Below, one piece after another: positions 1 through 8,804 of a stretch of DNA of 64,000 bases. Made by a program: the position numbers and the translations under genes. Under the pieces are notes generated by a model that did not search any database, was not told where the DNA came from, and saw only the letters and a list, made by a program, of their open reading frames with translations. Positions within the stretch are counted from its first letter, which is position 1, and every line of letters starts with the position of its first letter. The stretch is from a virus, in IMG/VR virus record IMGVR_UViG_3300022843_000001, positions 96,001-160,000 of that record; one strand, written 5' to 3'.

Positions 1-88
1 TCATTTTACCAAGTGTGTACGATGCTGTGATTTCTGCCAGAAGTTCTTCACCTGAAGTCAATCTTATTAAACTTATTTTATTCGTCAT
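1..88 (-). CDS. Partial small conserved T4-like protein (runs off the window edge)
   Basis: ATG at 88 gives MTNKISLIRLTSGEELLAEI; IRLxSGEE is typical of small Sm-like T4-type proteins next to regA. Confidence 0.55.
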   Translation of the reverse strand, partial: MTNKISLIRLTSGEELLAEITASYTLGKM

Positions 89-115
89 AATGTATATTCT
101 CTTTAATGTAGTTTG

Positions 116-538
116 TTAGCTAGCAGTACCTATATTGTATTTGGGTATAAGTTCCCATTTATATTTGTCTTTATGTGAAATGATTTTAATTTGTTTCAGA
201 GGAGCAACATCTGCGGCCTGATCTTCATTTAGTATCGTAATCAATCCCCAATCAGACAATAATGTCGTAATGCTATTTCTTCTCTGAATATCATTTTCAA
301 ACAAGTTAGACGATTTTCCATCTAATAAAAACAGTTCTTTAAAATGTACTATAAAATAGTGTCCTTGTTTGTGTAATATATGGCATGATTGAAATAGTCT
401 ATTTTCTTTTTTCGAAGCAACACCCATACGCGTAAGAGTTTCTCTTACCTTTAAAAAATCGTCTGGAGCACTAAGAGAGACTTCTAGCATACAAGCCGGA
501 GTCCATTCAATTACTACGTTTTCGTTTTCCTGTTCCAC
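116..538 (-). CDS. regA: Translational repressor RegA
   Basis: DDFLKVRETLTRMGVAS and QSCHILHKQGHYFIVHFKELF motifs. Confidence 0.95.
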   Translation of the reverse strand: MEQENENVVIEWTPACMLEVSLSAPDDFLKVRETLTRMGVASKKENRLFQSCHILHKQGHYFIVHFKELFLLDGKSSNLFENDIQRRNSITTLLSDWGLITILNEDQAADVAPLKQIKIISHKDKYKWELIPKYNIGTAS

Positions 539-911
539 CTTGGCACACCCTTTTGGATAGTTTTATCACTTGTTCATTAGATAATATTTTCAAAACTTGG
601 CGAGCCTTTTCGTTACTATAGCCATAATATGTTTTGATCACATCGATATCGCTTGATTCCTCAGCTTTAAACCACTTGGAGAATCGTTTGCGTTTCCTTA
701 AAGTATTTATATAAAAGTGAAACTGCAATTTAGAATCAAGGTGATATGCTCTATTCATTTCATTTGCAAAGAGTATGCTATCTTCAAAATATGAAAGACC
801 TCGATTGACAACAAACGGAGCATATGCTTTTTCGTCTATGTCATCAACCATAATATCCTGCTTAGTTGTGTTTATAGCATTCAGATAATCGAAGGGCGAC
901 AGTGCACTCAT
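507..911 (-). CDS. g62: Clamp loader small subunit gp62
   Basis: SPFDYLNAIN, PFVVNRGLSY, LRKRKRFSKW, YYGYSNEKA. Confidence 0.92.
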   Translation of the reverse strand: MSALSPFDYLNAINTTKQDIMVDDIDEKAYAPFVVNRGLSYFEDSILFANEMNRAYHLDSKLQFHFYINTLRKRKRFSKWFKAEESSDIDVIKTYYGYSNEKARQVLKILSNEQVIKLSKRVCQGGTGKRKRSN

Positions 912-1498
912 TAAGATATAGCTATGATTAGTTGTTGCATACGAAGAACGTCTACGACAATATCGTGCTCCGGGTCATGTTTTTTAAACTTTTTTCCCAA
1001 TCCGTCGGGCATAAAGCTATTTTTGATATCAGAACCATAAGATAAACCTTCAATAAAAGATCTTGTGTCTCGTACAGTCCAGAAGTTATGCGGTTCGGGG
1101 TAACCTAATTGCTTTGCCCATGCAGTTGTAATCATTGGGTCAAATGTATTTCCACGAGTAAAGACTCGGGTCACACCAGCCGCTTCATTTTTAATGATTC
1201 CGATAAGATTAGTAATAGATTGATCTACTCCTGGATTAGGAACCAATTGAGTATTTCTTACGGCTGCAGGCAGCGCTTCCCACCATGCTACAGTTTCTAA
1301 ATTAATCTTTCGTTTATAGGTTTTTACCTGTTCTGCCACGTCAAATTTGAAGAATTTAGTTGCATCTAGCAACTCTTGAAATGTGTATGGATTTGTTGTG
1401 AATCTTTCTGGTTCATATCGCATCGTGGCGATAGATAATACAGGCAAGGTAACCACGTCAGTGTCTAGTGTTTCGTAATCGTATATTAAGTTAGTCAT
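911..1498 (-). CDS. dexA: DexA-like 3'-5' exonuclease
   Basis: IYDYETL, RGNTFD, VRDTRS, HDPEHDIVVD DEDD motifs; start moved to ATG 1498, overlapping the g44 stop. Confidence 0.85.
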   Translation of the reverse strand: MTNLIYDYETLDTDVVTLPVLSIATMRYEPERFTTNPYTFQELLDATKFFKFDVAEQVKTYKRKINLETVAWWEALPAAVRNTQLVPNPGVDQSITNLIGIIKNEAAGVTRVFTRGNTFDPMITTAWAKQLGYPEPHNFWTVRDTRSFIEGLSYGSDIKNSFMPDGLGKKFKKHDPEHDIVVDVLRMQQLIIAIS

Positions 1499-2433
1499 TA
1501 TTTGAACTCCGTTGAGGACATTATTTCTGTCAAACATGCCACGACATTAATCTCTTTGTCAGCACAAAATGCATCGCGAAATTGATAATCAGCAATGATA
1601 AGTACGACAGTTGGTATTGATGATGGCGCGATTGAATCTGACATTGAATCATATATGCGTCTAAATATTACATGAGACTCTGTATCGATATTGTCTGCAA
1701 CCCATTTTCTCATTAACTTGAAGTTTTTATCCTTCAAATAAGCAAGAAGATTATTAAAGCTTTCATCACCTAGATTGACCAGAATGCCTGTATCAATTTT
1801 ACCCGATATAGAGTATCGCTGACATTCGTTTAATATACGGCGAAAATCTGGAAAGTATCTCTGTACAAGTTCAGCAAGGACTTTCTTGTCGTATTCGATG
1901 CCTTCCTTATCAAGGATGCCTGCGGTACGTTTGAAGATGCCATTCGCAATGGCAGGTTTTTGTGCTGAAGGTATAGAAAAATCATAGACCGAACATCTCG
2001 AATGAAGCGGCTCGATAATACGATTGCGGAAGTTGCACGTTAGAATGAACCGACAGTTGTTGGAAAATTCTTCGATGAAACCGCGAAGCGCAGGTTGGGT
2101 AGATTGTGGATTTAGATAATCTGCTTCATCTAGAATCACAACTTTATAACCACCTTGAAGTGATACAGTAGAAGCAAATTGCTTTATAGTTGTTCGCAGA
2201 GTATCAATATTGCCATTTTCCGACCCGTTTATAATAAGATAATCAAGATCAAGTTCTTTACAAAGCGCTTTGGCAACGGTCGTTTTACCAACACCTGCAG
2301 TACCAGCAAACAACATATTTGGCACTTCACCTGATTTGATGATTTCAGAAAATGTCTTCTTTAGATCACTGGTGAGAATAGTATCATTAATTGTTACCGG
2401 CCGGTACTTTTCGACAAATAGAAATTCACTCAT
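1498..2433 (-). CDS. g44: Clamp loader large subunit gp44 (AAA+)
   Basis: VEKYRP, GTAGVGKTT, DEADYL, SRC motif. Confidence 0.96.
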   Translation of the reverse strand: MSEFLFVEKYRPVTINDTILTSDLKKTFSEIIKSGEVPNMLFAGTAGVGKTTVAKALCKELDLDYLIINGSENGNIDTLRTTIKQFASTVSLQGGYKVVILDEADYLNPQSTQPALRGFIEEFSNNCRFILTCNFRNRIIEPLHSRCSVYDFSIPSAQKPAIANGIFKRTAGILDKEGIEYDKKVLAELVQRYFPDFRRILNECQRYSISGKIDTGILVNLGDESFNNLLAYLKDKNFKLMRKWVADNIDTESHVIFRRIYDSMSDSIAPSSIPTVVLIIADYQFRDAFCADKEINVVACLTEIMSSTEFK

Positions 2434-2437
2434 AATA

Positions 2438-2635
2438 TTAATTCACACACACGGCTGAAATATACTCACCACGAACTTCAAATTTGCCCCAGAAAGGGGT
2501 AAAGCATATGTTATTATAATCATTGCCTTCGTCATCACACGAAGTAACGACCTCTGAGGTCAACAGTTGAGGATTGTCTTTTCCAAATTTAATAAGACCG
2601 TTCGTGTATTCTTCTAATGTCATTTCATTTCTCAT
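2438..2635 (-). CDS. Hypothetical early protein
   Basis: ORF directly downstream of a promoter cassette; true start may be the ATG at 2623. Confidence 0.55.
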   Translation of the reverse strand: MRNEMTLEEYTNGLIKFGKDNPQLLTSEVVTSCDDEGNDYNNICFTPFWGKFEVRGEYISAVCVN

Positions 2636-2699
2636 TATGTAATTGAAGCACCATTATATCACAAATGGTGCTTCGTGTCAACCATTTTTAATGTTATTT
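2628..2699 (-). promoter_or_regulatory. Sigma70 early promoter with stem-loop (PeSL-like cassette), copy 1
   Basis: TTGACA-17-TATAAT on minus with an 11-bp inverted repeat GAAGCACCATT/AATGGTGCTTC; near-identical copy at 3091-3161. Confidence 0.85.
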
Positions 2700-3098
2700 A
2701 ATTAATGGAAGGTTGGCTACGTATTCTACTAACCAGACTTTTGGTGCTAAATAGATTTGCAACCATGTTAGATTTAAACATACAGTGTAAATTGTGGACC
2801 AGACTATAACTCTTATAATTGTGCCAAGTCCTACATACCCTATCCAAAAATCGTCAGACGGGTTTTTATTGTAAGTTGATAAACCTATTTTTATGTCTAT
2901 TAACAATGATATTGTTAATCCAATCAAACCAATGATAAACATGATTAAACTATAGGTGCCATACCATAAAATCAATTGTTCTAAATATACTGGTAACTCA
3001 CCTGCTAAAAATTCTTTTGCTTCACTAGCGTTATCTAAAACGCCTGTGACTAGTTGAGTCAATGCTGTTTCAAGTGCTTGGTTCATGTTATTTCTCAT
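2694..3098 (-). CDS. Hypothetical membrane protein
   Basis: Two hydrophobic segments, C-terminal LAPKVWLVEY; lies between the two cassettes. Confidence 0.7.
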   Translation of the reverse strand: MRNNMNQALETALTQLVTGVLDNASEAKEFLAGELPVYLEQLILWYGTYSLIMFIIGLIGLTISLLIDIKIGLSTYNKNPSDDFWIGYVGLGTIIRVIVWSTIYTVCLNLTWLQIYLAPKVWLVEYVANLPLIK

Positions 3099-3161
3099 TT
3101 TGTAATTGAAGCACCATTATATCACAAATGGTGCTTCGTGTCAACCATTTTAATGTTATTT
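3091..3161 (-). promoter_or_regulatory. Sigma70 early promoter with stem-loop (PeSL-like cassette), copy 2
   Basis: 51-nt core 3101-3151 is identical to 2638-2688. Confidence 0.85.
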
Positions 3162-3331
3162 TGTCAAACTTGATTCGAAGTCAATGTCTGGAATTATTGA
3201 TTGAGGTTTAAAAATTACTCTGTAATGATATATACTGACACCTTTGCTTTCTAACTGCTCGGCAGAATAATTTTAATAATTTTACGTTTTTCATTACATA
3301 CTCCTTGTTGCTTATGATAGGTGCTTTTTAT

Positions 3332-3383
3332 TTAATCAAAGGCAGGTTGGCTACGTATTCTACTAACCAGACTTTTGGTGCTA
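3332..3383 (-). pseudogene. 3' remnant of a paralogue of the 2694-3098 gene
   Basis: 39 nt (3345-3383) identical to 2711-2749; reads IAIAPKVWLVEYVANLPLIK* with no start. Confidence 0.7.
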
Positions 3384-3392
3384 TTGCGATCT

Positions 3393-3584
3393 TCAATCAT
3401 CATCGACAATCTCATAATCAGACTTATCAATTTCTGATATTTCGACATCTCGCCATTCGTAATGAGTTGAGTTGGATATTCCGTGAGCACTGAACACTTG
3501 CTGTAACTTAAGTCCCACTGGACCGTCATAATTAGATATAATCTTAGCAGGATCGCAGCCAGTGCATTTTTTAAGTCGAATCAT
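3393..3584 (-). CDS. Hypothetical protein
   Basis: ORF abutting the upstream gene; CxxC near the N-terminus. Confidence 0.5.
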   Translation of the reverse strand: MIRLKKCTGCDPAKIISNYDGPVGLKLQQVFSAHGISNSTHYEWRDVEISEIDKSDYEIVDDD

Positions 3585-3586
3585 TA

Positions 3587-4003
3587 TTAATGCCCCTTAG
3601 ATTTTAGGAAATCTACCATTGCCATCATGTCGATCTTCCAAGCTTTTGGGCTTTCTTGGTACGGTGTTACTCTAAAGTAATCGGATAGAATGTTGGTTTT
3701 ATGTATACCCATCTCATGTAGACCTAGTATTATATCTCCTAAGCGAAATGCGTCTAACGCCGCTAACTTATTATAGTTTTTACCAAAATCGTGAGGATCT
3801 AGAACCTCACGAAAATTTGATCTTAGCGTTCCAGCCATTACAGCTCCAGCAAAACACGCGTAACAGATTTGGTCAACATCACAATAATCGTGCCATCGGG
3901 TCATATTGACTATATAATTAGGGTTTTTTTCTATCAACTCTAAATCGTTCAAGGCCAAAAGTATGAGTTCTGACGGTACGTCTGGTAGCTTTAATTTTTT
4001 CAT
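3587..4003 (-). CDS. Hypothetical phage protein
   Basis: 138-aa ORF with CYACFAGAVMA motif, co-oriented with neighbours. Confidence 0.7.
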   Translation of the reverse strand: MKKLKLPDVPSELILLALNDLELIEKNPNYIVNMTRWHDYCDVDQICYACFAGAVMAGTLRSNFREVLDPHDFGKNYNKLAALDAFRLGDIILGLHEMGIHKTNILSDYFRVTPYQESPKAWKIDMMAMVDFLKSKGH

Positions 4004-4120
4004 AATATATATACTTTTTGTTTAAAATTAGTAAGGCTGGTTACGTTATCCAGCAATGCAGCGCGATCAGTTCGGCATTCGCAGTTTTTTAGATCATCTC
4101 ATTGTTATTTTGTGTTGCTG

Positions 4121-4369
4121 TTACCCCGTAGTAATAGATTCATACAACTCAACAATATCTTCCTGTTCTTGTTGAATCTCGGTAAAATTTTGCTTGTGGT
4201 AGATTGCAGCAATCTTTTTTACGTTTTTCTTGTCAAGATCAAGTTCGTCAGCAATTCTTGCCACCGCTTCTTTCTGGAAATCCCTTTCGGCGTCATTACG
4301 AGTCATACTGTTTGATATTTCAGTAATGGCATCTTTTAACTTTTTTACATCTGCAGGATTGCTTAACAT
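4121..4369 (-). CDS. dsbA: Double-stranded DNA-binding protein DsbA-like
   Basis: Size and pattern (EISNSMTR, KKIAAIYHKQNF) match T4-type DsbA. Confidence 0.75.
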   Translation of the reverse strand: MLSNPADVKKLKDAITEISNSMTRNDAERDFQKEAVARIADELDLDKKNVKKIAAIYHKQNFTEIQQEQEDIVELYESITTG

Positions 4370-4641
4370 TATTTAGTACCTTCAGTTAGAAATTGTGGCT
4401 TGTTGTCTGATGCAGATTCTTCTACTTCTTTAGCTTGAGGAGCAACCGACTTGATGAAGGTCACTACTCGGGTTCTTAGAGCGCCGACAGTTTCCATTTC
4501 GGCGCCTTCAAATGCTCCTCGTTTTGAACAGTTGTCAATAATGCCAATCATTCCTACAAGATCATTTAACTGCAGTTGTTCAGCAGCACCTTCGGTTTCA
4601 ACAGTAGGTGTTACTTTGGTTGATGTATCAGATTCGTTCAT
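4369..4641 (-). CDS. Conserved hypothetical T4-like protein
   Basis: IIDNCSKRGAFEGAEMETVGALR motif recurrent in aquatic T4-like phages. Confidence 0.7.
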   Translation of the reverse strand: MNESDTSTKVTPTVETEGAAEQLQLNDLVGMIGIIDNCSKRGAFEGAEMETVGALRTRVVTFIKSVAPQAKEVEESASDNKPQFLTEGTK

Positions 4642-4688
4642 ATTATTTGTCTCAAATTTTACGTTGCATTATATTTTAATGTGTAACC

Positions 4689-4717
4689 ATTATACACCAT
4701 TTTAATGTGTTTGTCAA
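4689..4717 (-). promoter_or_regulatory. Sigma70 early promoter
   Basis: TTGACA (4712-4717), 17 nt, TATAAT (4689-4694) on minus. Confidence 0.8.
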
Positions 4718-4728
4718 TACCTAATTTA

Positions 4729-4775
4729 TATAAATAATAAAAACAAACCGGTTGGCGTTTTCAGCACCAACCGAT
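4729..4775 (+). promoter_or_regulatory. T4 late promoter plus RNA hairpin ahead of an endonuclease remnant
   Basis: TATAAATA at 4729-4736 followed by a GGTTGG...CCAACC stem. Confidence 0.7.
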
Positions 4776-4803
4776 TCTAACATCACAATACGGACATATT
4801 GCA

Positions 4804-4974
4804 ATGCCTACAATCTATTTATATCTAAAAACCCATAACATCACTGGGTTAAAATACCTCGGCAAAACTACCCAAGAACCGCACAAATATTGGGGTTCTG
4901 GAATAGATTGGCTGTTACATATCAAGAAATATGGTTATAATGTAACACGGTCTGGTTGGTCTATCCAAAGCTAG
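4804..4974 (+). pseudogene. Truncated GIY-YIG (Seg-like) homing endonuclease
   Basis: MPTIYLYLKTHNITGLKYLGKT...YWGSG...HIKKYG stops after 56 aa and runs into the g45 3' end. Confidence 0.8.
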
Positions 4975-5650
4975 AAGACTTCTCCAAAGCAACCCAATAC
5001 TCGATGGCGCCAGAATCATTTACAAAATGTGAGATTAACTTTGAGGATATTGATACCTCGTAATTACCTGACATAAACTTATAGTTTCCAATATTGAACA
5101 CGAAAGAAAACGGTACATCAGGACGAGTACTCGTATCAGCCGTGATATCAATAGAATAGGAATTTGCTGTATTGTTTTTAACTTCACCTATAACTGCGGT
5201 GATAGGTGAATTTTTGTCACCATCGCCTGATATGGTCATATCAGTAGAGCCAAGTGTTGCCGCGGCTTTCCTAAGTGCATTAATGTCAGAATCAGACATG
5301 GTAAACTTAAGATCGATGTTTGGCATATTTACATCTTTTTCGGGCTTTGTAAGAAACGAGGCATCTGAAAAGAAATATTTAACCGATTGACGACCACTTG
5401 ATATTCTGGCAAACATTGCGTCTGAACTCAAAGCAATTTCTGGTTCTTCAAACATGCCATGCACACCAAGGAATTCGTTCAGATCATATATACCGAATGA
5501 TGTATCGAATTCTTCTTGGATAGTGGCTTTTGCGAGGATATTCTTACCTTCAGATATAGTTCGGATTACTGAACCTACATCGAGCACGATATTAGAATTG
5601 ATGGATGCCAAATTTTTTAAAATACTGACTGTGTTTGCACTAAGTTTCAT
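4961..5650 (-). CDS. g45: Sliding clamp gp45
   Basis: MKLSANTVSILKNLASINSNI, FGIYDLNEFL, YWVALE. Confidence 0.95.
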   Translation of the reverse strand: MKLSANTVSILKNLASINSNIVLDVGSVIRTISEGKNILAKATIQEEFDTSFGIYDLNEFLGVHGMFEEPEIALSSDAMFARISSGRQSVKYFFSDASFLTKPEKDVNMPNIDLKFTMSDSDINALRKAAATLGSTDMTISGDGDKNSPITAVIGEVKNNTANSYSIDITADTSTRPDVPFSFVFNIGNYKFMSGNYEVSISSKLISHFVNDSGAIEYWVALEKSSSFG

Positions 5651-5692
5651 AATTAATCTTTCTCACTTGTTGTAATTGTAAATAGTATGACT

Positions 5693-5721
5693 ATTATATC
5701 ATACTAAATTGGGTTTGTCAA
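5693..5721 (-). promoter_or_regulatory. Sigma70 early promoter for g45
   Basis: TTGACA-17-TATAAT on minus. Confidence 0.8.
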
Positions 5722-5739
5722 CCTTTTAGTACACAATAA

Positions 5740-6735
5740 TTAAAGAATTTCTTGTTGGAAAAACCAAGCTCGCGCCTTAGCACTGGTACCTTTGCTTATA
5801 TCCCTCATCTCTAAGGAGTTATCCTTAATCACGTCTGATTCTTCTTTTGCGATATCATTATTCACCCATTGAATAAAGGCGCTTAAGTATTGTCGATCAA
5901 AATCTAATAAGTTATCTGTCTGGGCAAGTTTATGGTGCGGCACATTAGGTAAAATCTCTGCTGCAGCCTGATTTAATCGATTTTCAGTTACCGCGTATTC
6001 GATAAATTCCATAATAGAGTTTAACTTTTCTACATCAACAGGGGCCAAAGTTTTTACTTTAGATATGCTGTGTTTTTCACCTTTAATTTTAAAAGATAAA
6101 AGTTCACCGCTATCTGAAATATGTTCCCATACAACACCCTCGCCTATACCTAAATTACCAAAGAACTTGCCTACTGGGCACTCAGCTTCGATTTTTTCTG
6201 TAATATCAATCAGCTGATTTTGCACTTTCTCTGGATTAGCAAAATCGATTTCAATTGATTGCGACCAGATTGTCAGACAATCAGTAATACAGTCAAGGCT
6301 CGACTTAAACTCTGGACGATTGTCGATCCATTTGCTATCGTCTCCATTCACCAATTTTACACCAAACGTGTAAAAGAACTTTGGTAAACCAGAAACGGCA
6401 ACATTTGGGGATATTTGCTGGCCAGCAAACTCGCCGTATATGACAACCGTATCATTGCTGCCTACAAGATTTGAACTGATAAGATCTTGTTTATATCTTA
6501 AAAACTCGTATTCATAAAGACTGGCCCAGGCGGCAAATCCTTGATTATCATCACCAATCCTAATTTCCTTGTTTCTCGATTGCAGAATTATATCATCATT
6601 GGGTGCAATGACCACGGAAGCATTGGTGCCATGAAGTTTAACAGTGCCTTTAAACGTAAGCAATGGCATTGCACCGTGTCTGGTAACTTCTCTTATAGTA
6701 TTTCTATATTGGGATACAGATGGATATTTAATCAT
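5740..6735 (-). CDS. RNA ligase (Rnl2-like nucleotidyltransferase)
   Basis: Motif I KLHGTN, YGEFAG, GEGVVW, FKIKGEKHS. Confidence 0.85.
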   Translation of the reverse strand: MIKYPSVSQYRNTIREVTRHGAMPLLTFKGTVKLHGTNASVVIAPNDDIILQSRNKEIRIGDDNQGFAAWASLYEYEFLRYKQDLISSNLVGSNDTVVIYGEFAGQQISPNVAVSGLPKFFYTFGVKLVNGDDSKWIDNRPEFKSSLDCITDCLTIWSQSIEIDFANPEKVQNQLIDITEKIEAECPVGKFFGNLGIGEGVVWEHISDSGELLSFKIKGEKHSISKVKTLAPVDVEKLNSIMEFIEYAVTENRLNQAAAEILPNVPHHKLAQTDNLLDFDRQYLSAFIQWVNNDIAKEESDVIKDNSLEMRDISKGTSAKARAWFFQQEIL

Positions 6736-7393
6736 GTAATAAATCTCTAATGTTGGATTTTAAGTCTTGAATGTCACCATGATTGCTAATAGTGCATTTC
6801 GGGCTACAACCTATCCAAGCCCATTCACTTTCATGGACATGTTCAAGCATTTTTGGTTTTTCCTCTGGGTATTTAATTTGGTCGATTTCAGTGTTCCAAA
6901 TCTTTGCAGAAGTGAACCACACAGGTCGCACTCCACGCTCTATCATCCACAAATCACCATTAGTTTTTAACCAAGCAATTTCGTTAGGGAATCTAACGTC
7001 TGTGACGACTACATTACCCAACTTTGCAATTTTGCTCTCCAAAATATTCAACCAAATATCTGAATGAAAGTTGTTGCGAAGAACCTCAGTACCTAAAGTC
7101 TGCAGAGCAGTTCTTGGGGACCAAGGTTTACCCAACTTTTGTGACCAAAAGACGTCTGGGGTATCTCTTTGACTTCTTGATTCATCGGTAAGACCTTCCA
7201 ACATCTCACGGTCCCAATCAAACAAGATAGCAACTACATCCTTTAACGATTCAGCAAAGCTTAGACGAGTATAACCATAATCTGAAACCAGAATGTCTCC
7301 AGCCGTGTCTTTGCCTGAACCGATAGAGCCACATAAACCTATAAGATCAGGTAGATTGGATTTATTTTTTTCGGTTAATTTACAAGTTTTCAT
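6728..7393 (-). CDS. Deoxynucleoside monophosphate kinase
   Basis: GSIGSGKDT P-loop, FAESLK, PRTALQTLGTE, DVRFPNE. Confidence 0.9.
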   Translation of the reverse strand: MKTCKLTEKNKSNLPDLIGLCGSIGSGKDTAGDILVSDYGYTRLSFAESLKDVVAILFDWDREMLEGLTDESRSQRDTPDVFWSQKLGKPWSPRTALQTLGTEVLRNNFHSDIWLNILESKIAKLGNVVVTDVRFPNEIAWLKTNGDLWMIERGVRPVWFTSAKIWNTEIDQIKYPEEKPKMLEHVHESEWAWIGCSPKCTISNHGDIQDLKSNIRDLLHD

Positions 7394-7410
7394 AATTTTT
7401 CCTAGAGCCG

Positions 7411-8679
7411 TTATAGATATGGTGCGTCATCACTATTAGATTCAGCATCAATATCAATATCAATATCAGCATCGACCTTAGTGTAAAGATCAAGAAACGC
7501 TTCTTTAGTTTCTTCATCAAAGCGATTAACACATAACTGAATGGATTTCATTTTATCCTTAAAGATTGAATGTGTTTGGACAATATGACACAAACGTCTA
7601 GTCGAAATAATCTCATCAATTGCATCCATTGCAAATGTATCACGAATTGTTTTTGACCAGTTCGTAAGATTATCTGCAAATTTATCATCAACTTCACCTG
7701 AGTAAAGTTGCATATGTTTTAGGACGATTCGTTTTTCAACAGATGGCGATGGATATGGTTGTTCCAACGTAATAGCGAAGCGTTCAAGAAATGCCTCGTC
7801 TATAATTGTCGCCGCGGCAAAACGGCCATCGTCTGAACCTTTGCCTTTAGTATTAGCAGTAGCAACAACATTGAATCCTTCGGCAGGACGAATGATCTCA
7901 CCTGTCTTTTTAAGTAAAACAGGTTTGCCTTCTAAAATCGCCTGAAGACACATAATCTTGTTAGTACCACGGTCAATTTCGTCAAGCAACAAAATATCGC
8001 CGTTTTCCATTGCCTGAATAACAGGGCCTTTCTGGAAAACAGTATCACCATTAATCAAACGAAAACCACCTAGCAAATCATCTTCATCTGTTTCTGGTGA
8101 GATTTGAACTCGAACACAAGAACGTTTCAGCTTTGCACAAGCCTGTTCTATCATAAGAGTTTTACCGTTTCCAGAAAGACCAGAAGTAAACATAGGGTAG
8201 AACATTTTTGATTTTATAATTTTAACCACATCCCGAAAATGTCCCCATTCGACATAGGTGTCTAAAACTTCAGGTATGAATGTTTCCATTAAAGTCGAAG
8301 TGGGCGCAGGTCCCTTGTCTTCCTTGGTAAAAGAGATCACATTTTCAACAACAGGAATGGCGTCGGTATTTTTAACAGAAAACAGACTTGCAATCTCTGA
8401 AAGATCGTAAAGACCATTTTCAAGTTTAGGTTGGGCAACGGCGATTTGTCGCCCGAAGTTATGTGAGTAACCTAGGTCACGTGCCGCGTCGGCAACGTCA
8501 TCAGCTCGAAATTCTGTCTTTGAGGGATATTGATTAAAGATAGATCTTGCAACCTCGACGATCTTAGCAACCGTAGTGTCTGTGACCTTCATCGAAGGTT
8601 TATCCATAACAGACATACGGCGTTTAAATATTTTAGCAACAGCAACGGTAGTGCCAACAACGGTAGTAGCATCTTTCAT
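7411..8679 (-). CDS. cobS: CobS/MoxR-like AAA+ ATPase
   Basis: GLSGNGKT, LLLDEID, ATANTKG, FLERF. Confidence 0.88.
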   Translation of the reverse strand: MKDATTVVGTTVAVAKIFKRRMSVMDKPSMKVTDTTVAKIVEVARSIFNQYPSKTEFRADDVADAARDLGYSHNFGRQIAVAQPKLENGLYDLSEIASLFSVKNTDAIPVVENVISFTKEDKGPAPTSTLMETFIPEVLDTYVEWGHFRDVVKIIKSKMFYPMFTSGLSGNGKTLMIEQACAKLKRSCVRVQISPETDEDDLLGGFRLINGDTVFQKGPVIQAMENGDILLLDEIDRGTNKIMCLQAILEGKPVLLKKTGEIIRPAEGFNVVATANTKGKGSDDGRFAAATIIDEAFLERFAITLEQPYPSPSVEKRIVLKHMQLYSGEVDDKFADNLTNWSKTIRDTFAMDAIDEIISTRRLCHIVQTHSIFKDKMKSIQLCVNRFDEETKEAFLDLYTKVDADIDIDIDAESNSDDAPYL

Positions 8680-8700
8680 AATATAAGTCTCTTATTTCTC

Positions 8701-8748
8701 AATTTCTATACATGTATTATACCATAGTCGCGGCACAATGTCAATAAC
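8701..8748 (-). promoter_or_regulatory. Sigma70 early promoter for the cobS-like gene
   Basis: TTGACA (8739-8744)-17-TATAAT (8716-8721); 26 nt identical to the promoter at 11054. Confidence 0.85.
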
Positions 8749-8804
8749 TAATTTCAGTTTAGTTAGAATTAGTTGTTATATTAATATAACTTTTAATTAT
8801 AACG

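Noticed and set aside
3332-3529. 65-aa minus ORF in the track
   Set aside because: It overlaps the 3393-3584 gene out of frame and ends in the duplicated remnant read in the wrong frame
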